A stretch of 64,000 bases of DNA from Pelomyxa schiedti (Eukaryota > Protista > Evosea), in assembly GCA_020536535.1 (NCBI GenBank), contig JAHLWZ010000860.1, forward strand, positions 6,247 through 70,246, given 5' to 3'. Each line of letters opens with the position of its first letter. Positions within the stretch are counted from its first letter, which is position 1. The notes under the pieces are model-generated. The model saw only the letters and a program-made list of their open reading frames with translations. It searched no databases and was not told the DNA's origin. Below are positions 12,937-24,790 of this stretch, piece after piece. The position numbers and the translations under genes are program-made.

Positions 12937-14938
12937 ATGGGTAAGGGCAAGGGTGGAGGCCACCACGGCCACAAATCACACGGGAACAACTATGACTCAG
13001 AATTGTTTCATGGGCTGGCTTCGCAATATTCCTCCCTTTCTATTTCTTCCAAGGTTCGGTTCCAACACTTGACCTGGCAACAACACCGCAATTGGTGCTG
13101 CACCCCCCTTTGCATCTTTCTCTAAACTGAAACCCCCAAAGGAAAGCAGCAACAAAGTCGAGTGGAGGGCGTCGTACGTGGGATCTTACAATTGGACCGG
13201 CTCGCCGGCAAAGGGATTCATTCCTTCTCTCATCCAAGTTCCCGGCACATTGAGCGTCATGCGCGATTTGGGCGACGCCCATAAGTCCGCCACCCAGGTT
13301 TTCTCAAAACCGGAGCGCTCCAGGTGCAAAAATCTTCACCTGCACTCAAACTGTAATTCTGAGCTTCACAACTTCACAATGGAACCTGTTCTGGCTGCCT
13401 TACACGCGTGGGTGTGCTTCTCTAGAGGAGTTACTGATTAATATGCATATTACTTAATTTTGGAGTTATTATTTATGTTGTATCACTTATTTCAATAATT
13501 TTTAATGATTTCTTTTTGTGCCAAACAAAATTAGCCTGAACAAACCTGTCGATTTAATGGAATCCCAAGTGATAGCCGATAGACATGTACTGATGAAGCT
13601 TTTGCAAAATATCTCCTCCGTACTTGGAAATCCGCACTCGTCTCCAGAACCCGTTAGAATCGATGCTGAGCGTGTTGGCAATTCCATTTTTCTCTTCCGC
13701 CACTCCTCTGGTGATACTGCACTCACTGATGGATTCGTGTTCGAACATGCCGTTGTTAAAGAAACAGGGCAACTTTCTACCTACTATGGCATTGTGAACG
13801 CAACACTGAGTTCAGGGAAGGATTCAATAAAAGTTCTAATGCGGTTTGAGGCAGATGCCTGTAAACCAAAGAGTAAGAATAAAAAAAAGAAGCACCCAAA
13901 ATCTGACACAGAACCTTCTGCAGCACCCTCACCGTCTGATTCAGTTTCGCAGCCCAGTAGCACATCCAATACTACAACTGCTTCTGGGACTCCATCCGAT
14001 AACACTTCAACTTCCACTTCGACTTCGACTTCAACTTCCCAGCCCACAGACGAAATACCCCATACCACTGATACGGAATCTTCCACATTGTCGCAAGGGG
14101 TTGTATCCAGCCAACCAGTACCAGATCAATGTGAACTGAAAGCCGTCGACACCCAGCAAAGTGAAAAGAAGGATGTGCCACCCTCAATTTCTACTGAACC
14201 CCAAGCAACACAACAAGAAGCCATTGTGCAGAAGACACAAGAGGCTTTGGAACCTCAACAAAGTACAACACTCACATCTACCACGCAAGGTAGTGGTGCC
14301 GCATTGGAGACAATGCAGCCACCTTCACCCCAACCAACTTCCGCAGCGCAGCAGACAGCCTCAGCTGAAGTTGCCTCAACACCGCCACAACCAGCTCCCA
14401 CCAAGCCGGGAGCATCAGAACAAGCTCCAGACGAAAGCACCGCAGTGTGGTGCCCTGGCAGCACCCTCCGGGTTCAGCTATTGCAGCGGGAACACATAGA
14501 CCTGAACCGAATAGTCGAAATCAAGTCATCCCGCTCCGATGTGAACTCCAACCCAAGATGGAAATCCCGAGTGGCAGGCCAGGTCTTCCTATCAAAGACG
14601 GAGCATGTATTTGTTGGGCTTTTCTCACACCGTTTGCCTCCCTTACCTTCCCCCGTTTTCTTCCCACTAACTAACTCCAACCCTCAGGCGTGGGATATTT
14701 CCTCTCCTGTGAATACATGCCAATTGAAGACCTATGTCCCGGTAAAAAAGCCGATGGCCTGGTAGATAAATCGGCTCTTGCCGCTCTCGGTGCTCTGTTC
14801 CATAACCTCCCTTCCCACCTAGAACCACAGACACCCTATTCCTTGATATTCTTCCCACATGAGAGGTCCTTCCGCCTCTACAGACGCTTCACTAAGGACA
14901 GACCAATCCCACCAGAACAAATGATAAGTGGTGAATAA
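12937..14938 (+). CDS. Rai1/DXO-like (PD-(D/E)XK) nuclease-fold protein with a large Ser/Thr/Pro/Gln insertion
   Basis: Motifs in expected order: GSYNW, ADRHVLMKLL, GFVFE, YYGIV, MRFEADAC (EhD), VEIKS (EhK), QVFLS. About 210 aa of low-complexity sequence lies between EhD and EhK. Confidence 0.6.
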
Positions 14939-15034
14939 AAAAAAAAAAAAGGCATTCCTCTTATTGTTTGTTGGGTACAAACCTTTTACATGTTTTTGGT
15001 GTGGTGGGGTGTTGCTGGTGGCTGGTTCTTTTTT

Positions 15035-17264
15035 TTAAAAGATAAAAGGAATGGCGCGGCGGATGAAGAGCCAGAGTGCCAGCAGAAGAACAACAATGCA
15101 ACAGTATTCGCATATCAGAGGCCAGCGGTTGTAGGGTTTGCTTACAGGTTGTCCAGCACCACCGCCTTTGCTGCTGGCCTCATTCTTGGGCTGTGTGAAT
15201 TTGAAAGTTATCATCTGTGCCCTGCAGACAAGCATATATGGTTTGTTCCATCCTTCGAGCGACATTTCTACAACTTCTGCACCTGCTAACCAAGTATCTA
15301 TGTTGGTGTTATCCCACACCCGGAAAAATGGACTCCTGTCCAAATCCAGTGTAACTATGCCATTCGTTCCTGCGGCATGTATTGATTTAAGGGCTTCCTT
15401 GTGGTGCTCTTTAATAAATCCACAAGCCAGATTTCTTGCCTTTTACAAGTTTACATCGAACGTGGAAGATAGGGTACACACCCTTTCAATCTTTTGAGCT
15501 GCTGGTAGCCTTTTGCAGATTAATTTGTGGTGTTGCCAATCAAGTTTCTGGCACTCCTTCCTGTGTTGAATTTAATTTGAATTTATAGTGTATGTTCTAT
15601 ACCCGCAATATGTCGCAATTTTGCAAGCACTGCACCGTTTCATTGGGGTAGTTGCAGTGCAGTTAGGGCGACTGCAGAACCTCATGGTCGCTCCACGCAC
15701 CATGTCAATTTGAAGTCCATGCTCTAATTTCAAGAGCACAAGAGAGACATATGGGGATACTTTACGAAGTGGGGAAAGTATTTCTTTGGCGTGGCAGGCA
15801 ACAAGCTTTTTTTGAAGGCGCCTGTCCTGTGGGATGTCAGGAACTCTTTCTTTATTTTGTCTTATAACCTTGAGAAGCTTCCAGGTGAGCAAGGAAAGAC
15901 ACCCTTCAGCACGAGCACAAGTCTCAGGAGGACCATTTTCGATGAGATGGGCAGTAGCTTTGAGTAACTTGCTCGAGTTAATTACGTTGGCAGTTTTGGT
16001 AAATCACACCGGTTCAGAGACTTTGTGAAACCCATCCTTGGGGTCATTTACCATTGCGAAATAGAATGCTAAAGCAGAGTCATCTCCCTGCTCGATAAAT
16101 GGGACTGCGGCATCAAGAGCCTCTGCTTTCAGTAGAACCTGTCTAACATCTTTTCCATATGTGGCATCATCCTGTTTTTTTCCCCCGCGTTTGTATTTCC
16201 CTTAGTGGGAGAAAATCGAGGGTACCATTCCAGATACAAAGAGGCATAAAATTGGATGTGCAGCAGGAGAAGATTCTCTTAGCATAGTTACAAGTGATAA
16301 CCAAAATTCTGGACTTGAATTTTGAACTAATTTTGAGGCGCCATTGGAATGGCCAGTTATTGCATAAGCCTAAATAAAATAAGAATCGAGTGTAGAATGT
16401 CAAAGGAAAGTACAAGATGCACTGCATGCGTAGATATCTCTTTGCGTTTATGTGTTAAATGATTCAGAGCCAGAATAGAGAGTGTTTCAAGATTTAAAAA
16501 TGGTAGACTTTGATCCTGTGAAGTGGTTAACTAATATTGTAGAAATAAAAAAAAGAACCTTAAGAACAGTCAATAATATAAAAAGAAGAAATAAACAACA
16601 CTCCATGGCTATAAATGCTGCTGCTTGACCCAAATCTGGTGGAAATGGTGCCACGCTGGAAGTAGGGGGTATTTTAAATCCCCACCGTTCCGTCATGAGT
16701 AGTATATTTCTAAGCAATTCTAATGACACAACTTGCTTGGAGAATATCAAATAAGAACATTGCCAATAGGTTACAAACATTTCTTGTGGTACTAAAGGAG
16801 CACAATTTGCGCAAGACTGACAGGGTGAACACACCCCCAATGAATCCATTTTGAGAGAGTTTGCATGCATTACATAAACCTTGGTTTACAAGTTCACTGC
16901 ATTGAATTGAGTGGAAGTACGTATTTCTATAAAGTTGTTTTGTTTTTCATACATGCAATTAGGTTCAGAGTCACACAGTTCGTCCAACATCTGTGATGAA
17001 AGGGCTGTAAGAGCGGCCACATAATAGAGGAAAAGTGCATTGTAGCACCACAAAAAGAGCGGGGAAAAAAGGACCACGAACCCGCCAAGATCCCACATCA
17101 CCCCCAGCAGCTTTGCGTAACACAGTGTCAACACGGATCTTGGTTTTACCACCGGTGCACCGTTGCCCATTGCCCTCCGCACTCCCACAAGATAAACACG
17201 CGAAACCGCCACTTCTGGGAGTAAGAATGGACGTGGCAGTAGATCTGGTGACAGTTTGTGACAT
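15035..17264 (-). CDS. MYND zinc-finger protein with a predicted C-terminal transmembrane anchor
   Basis: CSRPNC...KRCSACKIATYC|..ECQKLDWQHHKLIC at ~15510-15680; hydrophobic tail CCIVVLLLALWLFIRR; several upstream exons from ATG 17264. Confidence 0.75.
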
Positions 17265-17417
17265 TGTTGCCCTGCCTACCTGTCTACCCCAGAGAACGAT
17301 TGTTTATTATTTTCCTCCGTTTAAGATCGGAAGCGAAAAATAAATGTAACAATGCTAAAGACTCGTTGCAGTTTTTAGGATACTGGGGGTGACTGTGCCA
17401 CCATCCGGTTCTGAAGA

Positions 17418-20020
17418 TTACGTGTGATTGGGGTCACAGAGCCAATCTAGGCCCTCATTGAGACCCTCGCCAGTGACTGCTGTGCACGGCATGAATTGAA
17501 TGACGTGTGATAACGGGTCAATTTGGTGCCTGGTGTAGGGATCCGAGAAGCCAAGTTGTTCCTCGATCTACGGTGTTCAAGCATTAGCTGAAAAGTTTTT
17601 TCCTGTTTGGTGCCCACCTGCCGAGGTGATAGAGCCACAAGATCTTGTTTGTTGCACCATACAAGAATATGACACCGGCCCAGCAATTGTTCTGATAAAT
17701 GTTTGGTCATGAGGTCTTTGACTTCATTAAATCTTGAAGGGTCGGAGGAATCTACAACAAATACGCAGGCTGTAGTGCCCTGGTAGTAGTGTCTATTTTT
17801 ACCCTTTAGATTTGAAAATAAAGCAATTGCATGTACGGCCACAATGCCCTAATTTTCTCCTCTCCCCCAAGGTCCCTTTGAGTTAGAATAAGGAAAACGA
17901 AAACCTCTTGTCTTGGGGGTGGAATGTTACCAGAGAGTTAAATCCCAGTCTCGATGAGACAAGGTCTCCACATTGAAACCAATTGTGGGTATCGTTGTTA
18001 CTACTTCCCCAAGTTTAAGCTTATATCTGAGTGAATTAAGAAGAAGAGGGGTGACCATAGAATGCCAACTACAAAATTGTTGTTTTTCCTGCTGCATCCA
18101 ACCCAAATAGCAGTACCCGAAATCCAAGTGAACCCTGTAAAATGTATTAATTTTCTGAACCAAAATGAGTCGAAGAGGGAAAGGTGACCCTTCTACTGAA
18201 AAATGAGAACCTTGAGAAGTCAGTGCCAAGGTAGAACTATAAATATTACTTGGAGCGTTTCGGGGGAGATATTGCTTGCCCTTTCTGAATCTTGATAAAA
18301 TACTTGAAATGTGCTTTGTTGCATCTTCGAACGGTTTAGAGAAATAACGCGTTGGGATTATTAAAACCTTATGTAGCGAATTTTCCATAGTGAAACCAAC
18401 CCGGTTGCTCTGAATCAATGCTATTACTCGAAGTACATTATAATATGGATTACGTTGGAGGCTGGAGTTTCAGTGCAAACTTATAAACCGGGTCCCTTGG
18501 GTTGGATAGGTGCTCTGCCTCCCATTGCTTTATTTCGGTTGTTATCACCAGTTTCTCTCTTTCAAATAACATTTGCCACAGTTGATCTGTGTTGCACACA
18601 CTATGAAAAGCATTATTTGCACATGCCAAAGTGGCCAGCACCTGGTAAAGTATAGGAATTTCGAGAGTGTGCATTGCCGAATACTTACTTTGGGGCTGAG
18701 GAACGCAAGAATGTTAAGGATTACTTCCAGTGGTAACGGAGTAAAAAAACCAAAGGCAGAGGGTTCTTCTGGGTGGTGCACAAACTCCTTGGTCCCTTTT
18801 GTAAGGCAAACTGTGTGCATCCACCCACATGACACCTTAGCAATTTAGACATCACACAATGCTGGTTAATTGTAGAATCTTACCTGAGCTATTTCTTGAT
18901 CTTCCAATCCCTCTACAATAGTTGGAACAGTGACGTTATCTTGCCCAAATACCCCACATTCCCCATTCTTCGAATTCCCAAATGAATACAGCCTACCTTA
19001 CGAAGTCTAAGCATCTACGTGATAAGATATGAAGTACCTCGTTTTGTCAGCACGAGTGAATGGCTATTATTGAATGCCCCGCAGCAAGATAGGGCAGTAA
19101 TGCTATCATTGTGTGACTCGACCACCGTATTTATGGACTCCAGCAACCTTTTATTTTCTGACAGGATGTAATATTGGTAGGGGGAGATACGTTGGTGTGA
19201 GTATGTGATCCGGGCCATCAAGGCCACATTGTTGCTTCCTTCCACAAGAGAATATTTTATTTGGTACACCCTCATATGGAGTACCTGAGGATTCTCAGAG
19301 GTTCATTAACTGAAATTAAACGTACAAAAAAGGGTGTGGTAGTCACCACAAGACACGAGTGAAACAGCCGGCAGAGAAGAAATATTTACTGGAACAACTC
19401 GATCTATAACATCCCCTAAGCCTAACTGTCCGTACTTATTCCAGCTAGTTGAGAAGTCATAAAAAGTATGGCAGGATTTGTTGACACACCCACAAGAAAA
19501 GGTCATGCCACGAAGGATAAAAATTGAGTGTTGTCCTCCACATGCAACGCCTTCCAGCCTGGTACCTCGGAAGCAATATAATGGAATTGGTACCTCAGAA
19601 TCCTACAAATTAGAAAATTCATGAGTGGTGTTTGCAGAAGAAAATAAGCACAGTTGTGTTTCCAGTTCCGAGTTGTCCCTTGGAGTTACAACCCCAACAG
19701 TAAGGAATTCCATCATCAGAGAGAGCAATAGTAAATGCCCCTCCTGCGGCAATCTTTGTGTTTTACTTGAAAGAAAGGAAAGTATAACAAATAGGAAAAG
19801 TTGAATAGCAACAGTTGCACACTTGTGTTATAACCACTTTGAATGGCACAAGAGATGGAGGAACTTGTCTTGCACATATCTTAATAAATAGAGAAATATA
19901 AGAAAAGGATGTGGTCGTTAAGGCATACCGTTCCCCATTGAAAAACAGAATTTGTGGATTTATCCAATGCTACCATGTGCAACCCGCCACATGCAATCTT
20001 GAAACAGTCTGGCAATCAGT

Positions 20021-20056
<36 letters not shown>

Positions 20057-20399
20057 GGCATTCAATATATAATATACCTGATTTATGTGCCTGCCCCTCA
20101 GCTCCATAACCAAGCTCGGCTTTGCAGTTCCAGACTCCGACTCTGTCCTCCCGCCAAATACATACACACAGCCTTCACTATCAAGCACTGTTCGCAAGTT
20201 AAGGCTGCGAGTCAGTGCCACCCAATCCCACCCTACCTGCGGTTCTGGAGCCACCTGCTGCAACTGCAGTCACATCCACCTTCACCAGAGACGAAACCAA
20301 CGTAGGCCCTGGTCTACTTACAATATCCCCATGCCCAAGTTGTCCATGTTGCCCACATCTTCATTGTTCAATGGACTTACTTAGACCCCCACTCCCATA
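17418..20399 (-). CDS. RCC1-repeat / F-box / Arf-family GTPase fusion protein
   Basis: RCC1 repeats ~18800-20370 ([57 protein letters not shown] region, SCGWMHT). F-box at ~18560-18750 ([41 protein letters not shown]). Arf domain 17418-18120 ([60 protein letters not shown]). Start codon uncertain. Confidence 0.85.
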
Positions 20400-20915
20400 A
20401 CAACAAACAACAACAACAGCAACAGCAACAGCAACAGCAACAACAACAAAAAAAAAAAAAACAACTCAACAAGAAGCGAGAAAGTCAAAGGGGACAAACC
20501 CCCAAGTGTAGACGAAGGACGGAGATGCACTGGATATTGTAGATCTCTCTTTGGCCCTTGCCCTGTGAACCGCGCACGAACTCGCCATTCAGATTGTCGT
20601 GCGGCGTTTACAGAACGGAATTGCGATTTAAGGAAGCCGATATCAACCTGATTTGGAGATGGGGACTTTTGATTGATAAGGAAGAAGTCAGGGACAACCT
20701 CAACTTCTTCATTTTACATTTTTCCCCAAATCATCCAGGCTGTTCGTCTTCGTATCAGAATTCCTTTTACCTGATCAAGTTCCCCAACAAGCTCAACTTG
20801 CAGAAAAAGCAGTCTTTTGCAGAAAACCTAAAAAATATCCGGTACCCTTGTTGGAGACGCAAACACACAAACCACCTACACAACCAACACCCCGCCCCCG
20901 CTTCCACAACACCAA

Positions 20916-23798
20916 ATGGGCTCGATCGTAGTCACGGACTCGCGGTACCCCGGCACCCCTCCGCGGCCCAGGATCCTCCTCACCGAGCCGCCGGGGGGCA
21001 TCACGGGCTCGCCGCTGCCGCACCTGCACCGACACGCCCGCGGGCACAGGCAGCGGCAGCCCCTGCCCGCCATCGGCGCCTCGTCGTCCTCGTCTTCGGC
21101 GGCGGGCCCCCCGCTGGCGCCCCTGCCGCGGCGCCCCGCGTCGCCGCTGCTGCGGCAGGAGCCGGCGTCGGCGTCCCCCGCCTCGCTGCCCTCCATCTCC
21201 CCGGGGCAGCCGCAGATCGTCTCGGCGAGGTCGCCCCCGTCGTCCCCCCAGCTGGCCTCCTCGTCGCCCTCGCAGTCGCCCTCCCTGTCCCCCTCGCCCT
21301 CCCCTTCGCCCTCGCCCTCCCCCACGGCGTCGCCCACCCCCTCGCCCACGCTGTCTTGCACCTCGCACATCCCGCACTCGCCCCCGCTGATGCCGGCGCT
21401 CCTGCCCCGGTCGCTGTCCCCCACGACGCAGGTGCCCTGCCGGCCGCTCTCTCCCACAATTAGCTCCTCGCTGGACCGCCACGCCATGTCGCCCACAACG
21501 GAGCGCCGCCGGCCCCTGTCGCCTTCCGCGAATTCGACCCCTTCGTCGTCAATCGCCACGCAGAGGCCTATTTCTCCAACGGAGAGGAGGCCTCTGTCAC
21601 CCACTCTGGGAGCGAAATGGCCTATTTCTGGTCTATCTGGTGTTCCAATTAGAACTTCTTCACCGGCTCTTCTTGGCGGGGGTTCTGTGGCTATTTCATG
21701 TGCTGGCGAGAAGAGTGGCGAATGTGATTGTCAGAACAATGCTAGTATATGCGAGGACGACTTTGAGTTTCGGGGTGCACTGTCTAGTTACGATCTACCG
21801 CCAGCGAATCTGCTGCGTTCTGCTTCACCGAGACAGTTGCAGAAGCAGCACGGCATCGCCAGGTCTCCCTCTAGTCCAATAAAATCACCCGTACTGGAGA
21901 AATACCCGGTAGCTCGAAGTGGCTCTCCTGCACTGGTTTCCATATTAAAGCCTGATACAAGTACATCCTCAGAAAGAGCAATAAAGAAAGGTAGCTCATA
22001 CAATACCCTGCCTGAGATCCCATTACACTCCAATTCCCCAACCCTGGCCTCGTTGGTAGCTATTCCAAAACCTTCTTCTCCAAAGTTCTTTCTGGCAGAG
22101 GCGTCTCCTGAAACCTCCTCTGCACAGCAGAGCCCAGCTCCGCAACCATCATCCTCAAATGAAACTGCTGGTCCTAAAGCCAAGATCTTCTTTCCGTCTT
22201 CAACACTTCCAGCAGCTCAGCGCCCATCTTCAGAGTTTGTAAATGCGAAAACCACCGCAACTGCCAATTTGGCCCGGACTTTTTGTGCAACAGAAAGCGA
22301 GGATATCGTCACAACCCTTGGGACAGTTTTGACACTCAAATGTAACGAATCTGACCCTGTGATTTCTGGAAATGGATTTGTTGGTACCCTTCCTTGTCAC
22401 TCCAATCTCTATCTTTCTTCTTCTGACACAATGTAGATACTCCTCTTCCGTGGATGGTTTATGAATTCCTTCAACTCATGCCAAACAATATTGTTCTGGC
22501 GACTCTTACAAACAATCCAATTTTGAAACAGCAGCTGTTTACTGTCATGGAGTGTCCTCACACTGCAGGGCTTCGTGCTGTTGCCGAGTTTTGTTGTATT
22601 TTGGCATCTATTATGCCTCACCGTACAGCAACCCGTTTTTTGCTGGAAAATGAGCCTCTATTGTGTAACTGTATTATCAAGAACTGTGAATCATACAGAG
22701 TTTTTGCAGCAGTCTACTCACTTCTCACAAATACGAGATATTTTGTGGACTCGCACAATTTTGCTTTTGTTGTATTAAAGGCTGTTCTGCATTTAGCAGT
22801 ACAACTGAATAACCCCAAGAGATACCCTGAGCAGTGTCATTCTCGTAATGACATCAGGTGCCAGGCTGGCCCCAAAAATCTACAACAATCATTAACACCC
22901 ACCACACCTTCCAACGGCGCATCATCACCTCTTTCTCCCCCAACGGGCTCTCCAAGAACCCCACCCTCATTACCTTTAGCGAGCTTGCCCCCTAGCCAGC
23001 CAGCGCCACCGCCACCACCCCCACCTTCACCACTTCAACAACTTTCCCACATTATAGCACTCCTGCATTCATGCATATTATGTTTCATGCCTTCGGAAAC
23101 CCTAGGTGGTACCCCTCTGGCTGTGGTATGTCTGTTCAGCATTTTCAATTTTTCACTTACATTCCTAGGAGCAAAATAGGCCTTCTGAGATGCTGAGCAG
23201 TGTACTAAACCTTATCTTTGAAAACAAAGTGGTGTTTTCCATTCTGTGTTCCAAGGTACAACTTCCTTGCTGCTTCCGGTACAACTAACAAAACATCCAG
23301 TGTCTAAATTGTGAATTGGCCTCCCTATTTCTTTCCCTTGTCTGCGATGTCTTTGTACTTACGCCGCCTCAACATACATTGTTCAACAGCATTTTCAACC
23401 TCATTATCGGAGAGTTGAAGACACTGTACCATTGCAAACAACTCCAAACTTCATCAAGTGAAGTAACCATGGCATTGGCATGTCTGACATTAGCCATTAC
23501 GAAGAAAGTAGATACTCTTTATCATGAGGCAATTTCCCCTTTCACAACCACTTTTCTGACTTCACAATAGGCAGCGCTTAAAAACTGTGGAGACTTGTTA
23601 GATATCTTCTTTCACTGTAAATTAGATACAACGAGCCAGCCAATAGCACTCCAAATCGTCAAGTATGCCAGTGCTTTTACTTCCACTCCTCTGATATGTT
23701 ACATTAGATGTGTATTATCTCGGCTACCCGAGCTTCAAACAAACCTATCCAAACACAAACCGTCATCACGAATTTTGGAGACACTATACGGGCATTAA
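20916..23798 (+). CDS. Hypothetical protein: Ser/Pro-rich N-terminus and helical C-terminal region
   Basis: 506-aa first ORF with SP repeats, followed by spliced ORFs 22454-23179, 23316-23570 and 23595-23798 with GT-AG boundaries. Confidence 0.7.
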
Positions 23799-23902
23799 CA
23801 TACACTACACTTCATACCATACCTCAACGAGTTGTGAAATTCATAGGAAAAATTTTAAAACAATTTTTTTTTTTGTGTAAATATGCAAAGGAATTTGGGG
23901 TT

Positions 23903-24790
23903 CTACGGAGAGTCGGGTATTTTGGATATGTCCCTGATAATGTACTGAAGGTAGTCACCAAGATAGGCAAAACCTGCACTTGTGTACAATGCCAGTGCTG
24001 CTGTGTTTGTACGTGCTACCTCCAATCTTACCTGATAAGCAGTTAGAATATATATTGTGCCGAGACTATTGCTAGAGTAGAAACAAAATAAGACAACTCA
24101 AAAGAATAACGAGATTGTTCAGTACGTAACCTGCATTCCAACGCGCTTCACACAGTCCAGTACTGTTTTTAGAAGTGCCCTGCCAATACCCTGCCTCTGC
24201 CGGCCAGGAGTGACACCAAAGTGATGCAAAAACAGCCTCCTGCCATCAGACGACACCCAGGCAGTGGCAATGCATTCAGAAGCAGAAGAAGACACACATG
24301 CAGGGTCTCCAACTTGCCTTGGTTCTTCTTCCACTATGAATAGGCCTCCTCCCATTGATACACACCTATCCACAACCTGCATTCAAATTGGCAGTTGGTA
24401 TGTTTGGTTGTTTCGTTTCTTGGAGGGTGGTGCCGTATACAATAGGAAAAGGATGCAAATGAACGCACTGGTTTGTAGCTTTAAACAGATATAGTGTTTA
24501 AACAAATCCATAGACTTTTAGAGAGCTGAATGAATCATTAAATAAATAGGTTGTTGGGTCGATGATGATTATGCTTGGCGGAAATTGGTTTGCCAACCAA
24601 CCGATTTGTTGTCACCCCTGGTGGGGTTTCCGAGATCGCACAGCATCCACAACGCTGAGACTGAGGAGAAATCGGCCTGGGACTTTGTGGCGTCGGATGG
24701 GTCGTAGAGCCTCACTCTGAGTCCATGGGGGAACCCGTAGTTCACGTCTCTCAGGCTAAATCGAAGCGAAGGAGGCGTCACAGAGGCCAT
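23903..24790 (-). CDS. GNAT-family N-acetyltransferase
   Basis: Spliced product ...LWMLCDLGNPTRGDNKS|VVDRC...AWVSSDGRRLFLHHFGVTPGRQRQGIGRALL...MQ|VRLEVARTNTAALALYTSAGF..GDYLQYIIRD...*. Acetyl-CoA motif A (QRQGIG) and the N..A..LY..GF motif are both present. Confidence 0.9.
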
